Of a stretch of DNA of 27,093 nt, positions 15,755 through 23,421 are shown in pieces; the first letter of the stretch is position 1; every line of letters starts with the position of its first letter. The notes below the pieces were generated by a model. That model had not been told where the DNA came from, did no database searches, and was given only the letters and a program-made list of their open reading frames with translations. A program made the translations under genes and the position numbers. Origin of the DNA: an uncultured Anaerolineaceae bacterium (GTDB taxonomy: Bacteria; Chloroflexota; Dehalococcoidia; Tepidiformales; Tepidiformaceae); assembly GCA_964557245.1 (NCBI GenBank), contig CAZKZR010000001.1, positions 1 through 27,093 of the forward strand, in the 5' to 3' direction.

Positions 15755-16705
15755 ATGGCCGAAATTCGCCATCACCAGGTCCAGACCAACGGAATCAACA
15801 TGCACGTCGCCGAAGCCGGCGTGGGCTTCCCCGTGGTCTTCATCCACGGCTTTCCCGAACTCTGGTACTCCTGGCGCCACCAGATCCAGTCGCTCGCCGA
15901 CAACGGCTTCAGGGCGATTGCGCCGGACCAGCGCGGCTACGGCGAAACCGACGCGCCGAAAGACCCGCACCAGTACACGATGAAGATCCTCACCGCGGAT
16001 ATGGCCGGGCTACTCGACGCCCTGGACATCGAGAAGGCGGTCTTCGTGGGCCACGATTGGGGCGGCGCCGTGCTCTGGCAGATGGGGCTCCGGTATCCGG
16101 AACGGGTGGAGCGGCTCGTTGGCCTGAACACGCCGTTCGGGGGCGCCGGCGGTGGGCGTGTGACCGAAAACCTGCGTGATTTCCACGGGCTATCGGACCA
16201 GACGTTCTACATGCGCTACTTCCTGAACCCAGGCGTCGCCGAAGCCGAACTCGAAGCGGATGTGCGCACCACCTTCAAGAAGATCTTCCTGCCCTACACC
16301 CGCGCCGAGGATTTCACGACGTTCATGAAGGTCGGTGGCGATGGCAGCGGTGTGATCGCGAAGATCGAGCACACGGACACGTTCCTCACGGACGAGGAAC
16401 TGGACGTCTACACCAGCACGTTCGAGCGGACCGGCTTCACCGGCGGCCTGAACTGGTACCGCGGCGCGGACTTCAACGCCGACGAAGTCGGCGGCCCGAC
16501 GGCCAACACGCTGGCCATCAAATCCATGATGGTGACGGCCGGGAAGGACACGATTCTCAAGCCCGCGATGGCGGCGGCCATGCCGATGATGATTCCTGGC
16601 ATCCGCATGGAGCACATCGAGGACTGTTCCCACTGGACCCAGCAGGAGCGCCCGGCCGAAGTGAACGCGCTGCTGCTGGACTTCCTTGCCGATCTGAAGC
16701 GCTAG
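15755..16705 (+). CDS. Epoxide hydrolase (alpha/beta fold, soluble EH-like)
   Basis: Motifs HGFPELWYSWRHQ, APDQRGYG, Asp nucleophile GHDWGG, FYMRYF and LNWYR lid tyrosines, CSHWTQQE; AGGAGG SD. Confidence 0.92.
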   Translation: MAEIRHHQVQTNGINMHVAEAGVGFPVVFIHGFPELWYSWRHQIQSLADNGFRAIAPDQRGYGETDAPKDPHQYTMKILTADMAGLLDALDIEKAVFVGHDWGGAVLWQMGLRYPERVERLVGLNTPFGGAGGGRVTENLRDFHGLSDQTFYMRYFLNPGVAEAELEADVRTTFKKIFLPYTRAEDFTTFMKVGGDGSGVIAKIEHTDTFLTDEELDVYTSTFERTGFTGGLNWYRGADFNADEVGGPTANTLAIKSMMVTAGKDTILKPAMAAAMPMMIPGIRMEHIEDCSHWTQQERPAEVNALLLDFLADLKR

Positions 16706-16714
16706 ATTGCCGGC

Positions 16715-16801
16715 CTAGAGGACGCGTCGCCGGAAGAAGACTCGGCGGCGGCGTGCCATGATCGGGCGGCGGCGGGACGGGCGGAATACGCGGAAGAACA
16801 T
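16715..16801 (-). CDS. Candidate small Arg-rich protein, 28 aa: MFFRVFRPSRRRPIMARRRRVFFRRRVL
   Basis: GGAGAG lies 5 nt before the ATG. The ORF sits in an otherwise empty gap between convergent genes, downstream of a terminator, and ends 9 nt from the opposing stop. Confidence 0.5.
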   Translation of the reverse strand: MFFRVFRPSRRRPIMARRRRVFFRRRVL

Positions 16802-16869
16802 CTGATCTCTCCATAACTGTTCTGTCCTCTGTATGGCGTCGCCAACAGAAAAAGTGCGACGCAGGGACG

Positions 16870-16914
16870 AAAAAACGGTGCAGACGGTGGTCGGAGATTC
16901 CACCGCCTGCACCG
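16870..16914 (-). terminator. Intrinsic terminator of the 942-aa gene
   Basis: Minus strand: CGGTGCAGGCGGTGG-loop-CCACCGTCTGCACCG (15 bp; the single mismatch is a G:U pair on this strand) followed by TTTTTT. Confidence 0.85.
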
Positions 16915-16945
16915 GGGAGGGAGGGGTCGCCTGCCGGGGAGGGCT

Positions 16946-19774
16946 TCAGGCGGCCTTCTGCAATTGCCTCGGCGCGAGCTCGATCACCTGCGCCGGGGCC
17001 TTGTGGGATTCGCGGTACCGCTGCGCGAACCCGCCGACGAAGAACGCGAGTGCCATCAGTTCGGCGCCCTCTTCGATGACGGTGATCGTCCACGCGTGCG
17101 ACGCGAATCCGTCGATTGCGACCGTCAGTACCGCGAACGGCGCCGCGCCGAGGAAGTACAGGATGGCCTTCGGGTGTTCGAACACCTGCTTCCAGAGCAG
17201 CGCCGAGATAGCCATGCCGGTCAGCCCGTAGACCGCGACGATGAAGTCGCTCGGGCGGTGGAACCCGAACGGGTGGTCGAACGGAGTCGTCGCCGAAATC
17301 AGGCCGCCGAGCTTGCCGTGAATATCCGGCGTGGCATCGAACGCGAGAATCGCGAACGCCAGGCCCCAGGCGCCCCAGAGGTCGCGGTAGATGGCCCGTC
17401 CGCCGTCCTTCCGCCAGGCGGAGATGCCCATCGTGCCCGCCACCAGCATCATTGCCGACGACAGGAAGGTGACGGGCCCGAAGTCCCGGAACAGGTCCGG
17501 TTCGGCGCTGCGGGGGTCGATGGCCGCGGAACCGGCCAGCGCGGTGGCGGCGAACACTCCCGTGAATACGACGAGCGCAGGGGTGAGGTACCGCGTGCGG
17601 GCCAGGCGGCCGGCAAACGCCTCGAGGGCCCTCGCGGCCGGGACAATCCCTTTGCTCGCGGTCTCCGAGCGGCCAGCGGCTTCGCGAACCCGCAGCACGG
17701 AGGCGCCGGCCAGGAACACCCCCGCCGCGAGCGCAGCCGCGGATGCTCCACTGACGGCGGCCGCTTCCAGCCCGAAGGCGGCGCCGGCGGCGATCGTCGC
17801 GACGGCAAGGACGGGCGATGACGCTCGCGAAGCCAGGAATTCGTGGCGGAACATCCAGGCGGTTGCGGCCGCGGTCAGCGCGTAGGCGGCGGCCGCCAGC
17901 ATCGTCGTTTCACTCTCGCCGGGGACCATCGGGATGTTGGTGTCCTCGAACAGGCCCGCGATGTTCGCGCTGATGTTGAACGCAAGGTCGATGCCCGCGC
18001 CGAGAGCGCCAACGCCGGCGATCAGCCAGAGGAAGCTCCCGCCCTGGTCGGCCGCCGAGGCGGATTGCCCGGTCTTCCAGAAGGCGCGGAAGGCGAGCAG
18101 CGCCGCGAGACCCGAGACCGCCAGCGCGGCGTACGCCACCCGGTCCATTGCGGTGCCCGAAAGCGACCCGCCGGCGAGCACCGCCGTCCCGGCGATGGCT
18201 CCAACTGCCGCCACCGAGACCAGCCCGGCCGCGTTCGGCTGGCGCAGCTTTGCTGAAGCGGCCGGGAGCGCCATCCAGCGGCTCAGCGCACCGAGGTGCA
18301 GCCGCTCATGCAGGCGGAACGGGATGTGGCGAAGGGCCTGGTCGAACAGGACCGCGCGCAGTGCCCGCTGCGATCGGAACGGCCGCGCCGCGAGGTAGGC
18401 AAAAGCGCCGAATCCCGGGATGGCGCCGAGGACGAACACCGGCGCAGAGTGCACCGCGCGAGCTTCGCGCCTGGCGTCCGCGTTGCGCAGTCCGGACCAT
18501 TCGCCCTTCAGCCGGGCGGCCAGCGTCCAGCCGCTGCGGGCGATGGAACCCAGCGGGAAGCGCAGGGGCACACTCATGGCCAGGTGGGCGCCGAGGCCAG
18601 CGGTCGCAGCGGTCATCTCGGGAGCGGCCAGCGAAGCGCGCGCTGCTTCGGCCTCGGCCGGTTGCAGCAGGCCTTCGTTGACCCAGTTGTCGATGCCGGC
18701 GGTCGCGATGTCCGTCGCCATCCGCTCGCCGCCCGAAGACAGCCGCTTCACTCCGCGGAACCAGCCCGGCACGTCGATGATTGCCGTGGCGATGCGCAGC
18801 GCTTTGCTCACGTAGCGCCGCTCGCTGGCGTGCCATGCGCGCTGAGCAATGCCGTAGTTGGCGGCGGAGATGCGCAGGCTGTTCGCGCTGGCGTCGCCGA
18901 GTTGTGCCTCAATCTGGGGCAGGTGTCGCTCGAGGTAGGCGTTCAGCCGGCCCACGTTGATCTCATCGAACGAGGGATAGAGCCCGGCCCGCAACGAGCG
19001 CCAGAGCACTCGCGGCCGCAGGAACGGGGACACCAGGTTCGATTCGAGGTCGATGATCCGGTACGCGCCGTCCGTGCGTTCGATGAGGTTGCCGATGGCG
19101 CGCGGGTTGTACGAAGCCACCTGCCACGGCGGCAGCCCGGCCTCTTCGAAGTGGCCCTGGAGCCGGTTCAGGAACGTCCGCGCGGTTTTCGTATCCCGCG
19201 GGAGCGTACCGCGAACTAACTCGGTGACCAGGCTGTAGCGCCCGTCGTCGCCGAGCGTGACATCCAGCACCGGTGAGACGTGGTTCTCGCCGAACCAGTA
19301 CTCGGTGAGCAATCCCGCGATCGCCCGCCGCTCAGTGGCCGCCGTGAATGCGGCTTCGTTGGTGGTGTAGGGGAAGGCGGACTGGAACGAGAGCGCGTAG
19401 AGCAGTTTCACGGGCCTGGTCGGCCGGTACACCTTCGTCGCCGTGCCCCTGTCGTAGTCCAGCACCACATCACTCGAAATCGAGCCGGTCAGCACGATCC
19501 CGGTCTCCGGCACTGATGTGGCCGGGGCAACGGCCTCAGCGGTGGCGGCGCCACGCCGGAAAGCGAGCACCAGCCCCGCGCCGCCGAACGCGACCGCAAG
19601 GCTCAGCGCGAACGCGGCCGCCCAGGCCGGCTGCGCGGCTTGTGTTGCCTCGAATAGCGCTGCGGCGGCGAAGAAGATGCCGACGGCGATCAGTGACCCG
19701 GCAGCGGCAAGTCGGCCGCTTCCGTGAGTGTCAGCCGTACCGAAGTCCTGGTGTGCAGGCGTCCAGGTGGACAT
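16946..19774 (-). CDS. 942-aa membrane protein: 2 TM, protein-kinase-like domain, multi-TM C-terminal region
   Basis: GGGGAG SD. Kinase-like elements ATKVYR, HVSPVLDV..SLVTELVRG, GNLI and RIIDLE, followed by many hydrophobic helices. Confidence 0.8.
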   Translation of the reverse strand: MSTWTPAHQDFGTADTHGSGRLAAAGSLIAVGIFFAAAALFEATQAAQPAWAAAFALSLAVAFGGAGLVLAFRRGAATAEAVAPATSVPETGIVLTGSISSDVVLDYDRGTATKVYRPTRPVKLLYALSFQSAFPYTTNEAAFTAATERRAIAGLLTEYWFGENHVSPVLDVTLGDDGRYSLVTELVRGTLPRDTKTARTFLNRLQGHFEEAGLPPWQVASYNPRAIGNLIERTDGAYRIIDLESNLVSPFLRPRVLWRSLRAGLYPSFDEINVGRLNAYLERHLPQIEAQLGDASANSLRISAANYGIAQRAWHASERRYVSKALRIATAIIDVPGWFRGVKRLSSGGERMATDIATAGIDNWVNEGLLQPAEAEAARASLAAPEMTAATAGLGAHLAMSVPLRFPLGSIARSGWTLAARLKGEWSGLRNADARREARAVHSAPVFVLGAIPGFGAFAYLAARPFRSQRALRAVLFDQALRHIPFRLHERLHLGALSRWMALPAASAKLRQPNAAGLVSVAAVGAIAGTAVLAGGSLSGTAMDRVAYAALAVSGLAALLAFRAFWKTGQSASAADQGGSFLWLIAGVGALGAGIDLAFNISANIAGLFEDTNIPMVPGESETTMLAAAAYALTAAATAWMFRHEFLASRASSPVLAVATIAAGAAFGLEAAAVSGASAAALAAGVFLAGASVLRVREAAGRSETASKGIVPAARALEAFAGRLARTRYLTPALVVFTGVFAATALAGSAAIDPRSAEPDLFRDFGPVTFLSSAMMLVAGTMGISAWRKDGGRAIYRDLWGAWGLAFAILAFDATPDIHGKLGGLISATTPFDHPFGFHRPSDFIVAVYGLTGMAISALLWKQVFEHPKAILYFLGAAPFAVLTVAIDGFASHAWTITVIEEGAELMALAFFVGGFAQRYRESHKAPAQVIELAPRQLQKAA

Positions 19775-19943
19775 GTGGTTGCTCCCCGATGGTTCTGCAG
19801 CGCGCTCCGGCGCCCTGCGAGTGATCCCATCGTGCGAGAGAAGCGAGGCCGCTCTCGCCCCTCTATGGGTGCATCACATGTCCCACCTAAGGGGGAGACC
19901 CGAATCTAAAGGGGCGATCTACGTCACATTTCCGAGAGGGCGC

Positions 19944-20894
19944 TCAGGCCGGGAGCAACGCCCGCAGCCGCTCATCCAGCTCCTTCAGCGGCCGGCCCTT
20001 GCCGAAACGCTCGAGCACGGACCGCCTGCCCGACTGGTTCGTCTTCAGTTCACCTGCCCGGTGCTTTTCCAGCAGACCGGCGATCGCCGCTCGAACCTGT
20101 TCCAGCCCTTCGGCCTTGATGCACCCCGGCATGGCGAACGTCCAGATGACGTATCTGCCCCGCGAAAGCGCCTCAACCGCGATGAACGACTGGCCGTCGT
20201 GGCTCGTAAGCCGCACCACCACCGTGGTCTCGCGGTACAGCGCGTCCATGTCCTCTACCCAATCCCGGGCCTCCAGGTTGGACGGCAGCGGCTGGGGCAA
20301 CGTCCCGGCCGGGGACGGAATGAGCGTGAACGGCACCTCAGGAAACTCGCGTGGCAGCTGCAACAGCGTTTCGCCGTCGAATACCTCGCGGTCGTACGAA
20401 TCGACGGGGTAGTAGAGCAACACGCGGAATTCTTCGGGCAAAGGCGGCGCCGGAGGCACATGGATAGGAATCGGGAGCGAGACGTACTCGGAGATGACGC
20501 CAATTGTCCGCAGCTCTTCCACTAACCAGGGCGCGTCGCACCAGTGCGCCGGCCGTTCGGCCACGCGCAGTGACACGTTGTGCCGGCGGTGCTCGTCGAT
20601 GGCGATCTGCACGTCGGTGCCAACCCAGTGGATGACCGTGGGCTTCCTTCGCAACCGCAACAGGCGGTCCTGCGGTGACTTGCGGTCAATCCGGCTGCCG
20701 ATCAGGTAGACGATGTCGGCGCGCGCGGCGGCCGCCGCCACTTTCGCCCAGCCGCCGGCGCTCCTTCCAGGGTGGGGAAGGTATTCCGCCTTCCAGCCCA
20801 GGTCTCCCAGGTCCCTGGCCAGCAGCTTCCCGAAATAGGGCAGCCCCAGGATCAGGATGCGGCCACGGCGCTCCCCGTCGCCCCCAGGGTTCAT
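19944..20894 (-). CDS. Putative glycosyltransferase (GT-B, GT4-like, divergent)
   Basis: Motifs RILILG, HWVGTD, SHDGQSFIAVEALSRGRYVI (GT4 S..E.....EA..G.PVI-like); start overlaps the acyltransferase stop. Confidence 0.7.
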   Translation of the reverse strand: MNPGGDGERRGRILILGLPYFGKLLARDLGDLGWKAEYLPHPGRSAGGWAKVAAAAARADIVYLIGSRIDRKSPQDRLLRLRRKPTVIHWVGTDVQIAIDEHRRHNVSLRVAERPAHWCDAPWLVEELRTIGVISEYVSLPIPIHVPPAPPLPEEFRVLLYYPVDSYDREVFDGETLLQLPREFPEVPFTLIPSPAGTLPQPLPSNLEARDWVEDMDALYRETTVVVRLTSHDGQSFIAVEALSRGRYVIWTFAMPGCIKAEGLEQVRAAIAGLLEKHRAGELKTNQSGRRSVLERFGKGRPLKELDERLRALLPA

Positions 20895-21487
20895 TGCGGC
20901 GGCGTCTCACCGGCAACGCGTGCCCGTGGCGCGACGAGCGTCGCCCCGGGCGCCACATCGCGGTCCACAAGGGCATGCGCGCCGATCGTCGCGCGCTGGC
21001 CGACCGTCACACCGTGCAGCACCGTCGCGCCTAGCCCCAGGTACGCCCCGGAACCGATCGTGACCGGAGCCTGCTGGCGCGGGTGCCGCTCCTTCAGCGG
21101 CCCCGATCCAACATCGATGTGGGTGATGACGCTGCAGCGCATCGAAAGCGTGGCTTCAGACTCGATGACCACGCCATCCGCGAGGTCGATCAGGACATCG
21201 GTGCCGAGATGGACCCGATCGCCAATAGTGAGGTTCCTGAAGTCCCCATCCGCGTTCACGATGTGGATCGGCCCATGGATGGAAACGTCGCGGCCAACGG
21301 TGGCGCCGAACTCCCGGAGGATCTCCACGTGGGCGTTGGGCGTAGTTCGCAGTTCGATGGCGATCCCCTCGATCCCGTCCCGCAGATAGCGCGCCCGGCG
21401 GCGCGATCGGCCGAAGATCCCGAGGGATCGACGGACGGGGCGGGCGGCCGGCGCAATAGCGTTCCGGAAACGGGATAATGCCGTCAG
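20891..21487 (-). CDS. Hexapeptide-repeat (LbH) acyltransferase; the track ORF starts at 21328, likely true start CTG 21487
   Basis: Repeats VGRDVSI, IGDRVHL, IESEATL, IGSGAYLGLGATVLHGVTVGQRATIGAHALV. The frame is open to 21520, and GGAGG lies 8 nt before CTG 21487. Confidence 0.88.
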   Translation of the reverse strand: MTALSRFRNAIAPAARPVRRSLGIFGRSRRRARYLRDGIEGIAIELRTTPNAHVEILREFGATVGRDVSIHGPIHIVNADGDFRNLTIGDRVHLGTDVLIDLADGVVIESEATLSMRCSVITHIDVGSGPLKERHPRQQAPVTIGSGAYLGLGATVLHGVTVGQRATIGAHALVDRDVAPGATLVAPRARVAGETPPQ

Positions 21488-21510
21488 GGGGTCATCCTCC
21501 GTTCGCTCGG

Positions 21511-21533
21511 CTGTAAACTGTCAGTAAACAGTT
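21511..21533. promoter_or_regulatory. Putative transcription factor site between divergent operons
   Basis: Direct repeat GTAAAC at 21513 and 21524 (11-bp period) overlaps the inverted repeat AACTGT-N6-ACAGTT (21516-21533). Confidence 0.5.
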
Positions 21534-21566
21534 AGGACGGTTGCATGGCAACGCCGTGCTCTTGTC

Positions 21567-21595
21567 TTGCCTGCATAAGAAGGCACTCCTACGCT
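21567..21595 (+). promoter_or_regulatory. Sigma70-type promoter for 21636
   Basis: TTGCCT (21567-21572), 17-nt spacer, TACGCT (21590-21595). Confidence 0.5.
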
Positions 21596-21635
21596 GCAAT
21601 CAATTGGGGCAGCTTCGCCCCGCGAGTGAGGCACT

Positions 21636-22076
21636 ATGAAGCGAGCGTTACTCTTCGCCTTTGGCGCGGCCGCCCTGCTCTCCGCAGCGGCTCCTGCCCT
21701 GGTTTCGGCCCAGAATTTCCCGCCGCCGCCCCCAACCACCTTCTACGGCAAGGTCCCTTCGGGCATCGGCCCCGGCGATACCGTTATCGCGATCGTCACC
21801 GACGGCACGTCGTCGCAGGTCTGCGGTGACGGCGCCACCGCGAACGACACCAGCGGTGTTGTCTACGTGGTGGATGTGGTTGCCAATGCGCAGACCGCGG
21901 GCTGCGGCCAGACCGGCCGAAACGTCCAGTTCTACTTCGTCGGCGCCAAGCGCCTGGCGACGGACACGGCCGCATGGGCCGGCCCAGGCCCGAAGGAGCA
22001 GAACTTGACAGGTCTCGGTCAGCCGCTTACGCCCAAGAACCGCGCCCCGCAAGTCGCGAAGGACGGCGTCAACTAG
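21636..22076 (+). CDS. Secreted beta-rich protein, paralog 1
   Basis: Signal peptide MKRALLFAFGAAALLSAAAPALVSA; motifs FYGKV, VIAIV, VCG, VYVVDV, AGCG; tail APQVAKDGVN. Confidence 0.85.
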   Translation: MKRALLFAFGAAALLSAAAPALVSAQNFPPPPPTTFYGKVPSGIGPGDTVIAIVTDGTSSQVCGDGATANDTSGVVYVVDVVANAQTAGCGQTGRNVQFYFVGAKRLATDTAAWAGPGPKEQNLTGLGQPLTPKNRAPQVAKDGVN

Positions 22077-22083
22077 GCTCCTC

Positions 22084-22602
22084 GTGAACCACTTTCGAAG
22101 CGAGCACGTCCCGCGGCCCGGGAACCGTTCCAGGTTCCTCGTGGCGGGAGTGCTCGCTTCGTCGTTCCTGGCGTTCGCGGCATTTGGCATAGCCCGGGCG
22201 GTCGACCCACCCCAGCCGGACTTCTTCTGGCCTTACGGCAAGGTCCAATCCGGGGGCCAGAACATCTCGCCGCCCGTCCAACGCGTCATCGCCATCGTCA
22301 ACGGCAAAGCCTGCGGCGAAGCCACGACGCTGGTCGCGCAGGCTGGCCCCGGGGTGCCTGCCGGCGATGTAGGCAAGACGGTCTACGTGGTAGACGTCTT
22401 CGCCGATGGCGCTGGCTCGGGACAGCGCGCCGGCTGCGGACGGCCGGGCGATGTGGTCTGGCTCTACTTCCCGGAATCCCACCAGTTCGCTGCCCAGCTC
22501 GCGAACTTCGCCCAGGGCAGTCTCCGCTTCGACGTGGACCTCGGGGATGAGCTGCCGTTCCGGCTGCAGGGACCGATGCTGGCGAACGACGGACTGAACT
22601 AA
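22084..22602 (+). CDS. Secreted beta-rich protein, paralog 2
   Basis: Signal peptide ending IARA; motifs PYGKV, VIAIV, ACG, VYVVDV, AGCG; tail GPMLANDGLN. Confidence 0.85.
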   Translation: MNHFRSEHVPRPGNRSRFLVAGVLASSFLAFAAFGIARAVDPPQPDFFWPYGKVQSGGQNISPPVQRVIAIVNGKACGEATTLVAQAGPGVPAGDVGKTVYVVDVFADGAGSGQRAGCGRPGDVVWLYFPESHQFAAQLANFAQGSLRFDVDLGDELPFRLQGPMLANDGLN

Positions 22603-22673
22603 GCGGGGGCGGACGCGATTCCTGCCTCTCGACAGATGTGCGCTCCCGGGCAGTGCGCGATACTGCGCGCGTC

Positions 22674-23420
22674 ATGAGGATTCTCCGTATTGGGACCAGC
22701 AACGACGACCAAACCCCCGTTCCAGAAGCTCAGCGCGGCTGGAAAATCGCCGAACAGATGCTCGCTGAGGCGACCGGAGAACCGGTGGAAACCGTCCTTC
22801 GGCGCGGCTGGCCGAATTCGAAGTTCGGAGACCGTCTCGAAGCCTGGATGGAAGAACTCCAGCCCGATTTCGTCGTCATCCAGGTCAACAACTACTGGTA
22901 CGGGCACGAATCGATTCCGCTTTGGCTGCACCGCCGGCTCGGCCGCGTGGGCGATTCGGTCGGCAGCGTCGGGGCGAAGGTCGGGAGATGGTCGTGGGTG
23001 GCCGACAATCGCGTGGCTCAGCTCGTGAACAGGCGCGCCCCGGATGTCCTGCCGTACGCAACCCATTTCTCCGTCGCGGAAGTGGCGTCTGGCATGGAGT
23101 CGGCTCTGCGCCGCGTGTTGACCCATGAGGGTGTGCTCCTCCTGGTTCGCGGCAACGAAGACTGGCATATCCCTACCGCCTCCGCGCGCTTCAACCGCCG
23201 CAACCGCGCTCGCAACGCCGCCATGTCAGCCGCGATGAGGGAGGTCTGCGAGCGTCTGCGTGTGCCGTACGCGCAGCGCCCTTCGAATCCGGAGGAAGTG
23301 CGAACTGTGAATAACGCTGGTTTCCATTCCGCGCCCGAAGAGCAACAGAATGCCGGAGCTTTCGATGGCGAGTCGATGATCGCGGCCTGGCGGAGCGTCC
23401 ACTCCCTCGCCCTGCCCTGA
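22674..23420 (+). CDS. SGNH/GDSL-like protein, paralog of 1250..2002
   Basis: MRILRIGTSND aligns with MKILRLTNSSD, fixing the start at ATG 22674. Shared ATGEPVET, WP, PD, YW..ES.PL, VRG and CER.R.P. Confidence 0.7.
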   Translation: MRILRIGTSNDDQTPVPEAQRGWKIAEQMLAEATGEPVETVLRRGWPNSKFGDRLEAWMEELQPDFVVIQVNNYWYGHESIPLWLHRRLGRVGDSVGSVGAKVGRWSWVADNRVAQLVNRRAPDVLPYATHFSVAEVASGMESALRRVLTHEGVLLLVRGNEDWHIPTASARFNRRNRARNAAMSAAMREVCERLRVPYAQRPSNPEEVRTVNNAGFHSAPEEQQNAGAFDGESMIAAWRSVHSLALP

Positions 23421-23421
23421 G

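Noticed and set aside
19910-19935. CRP/FNR-like site AAATGTGA-N6-TCGCC upstream of the 942-aa gene
   Set aside because: The right half-site is poor; insufficient evidence.
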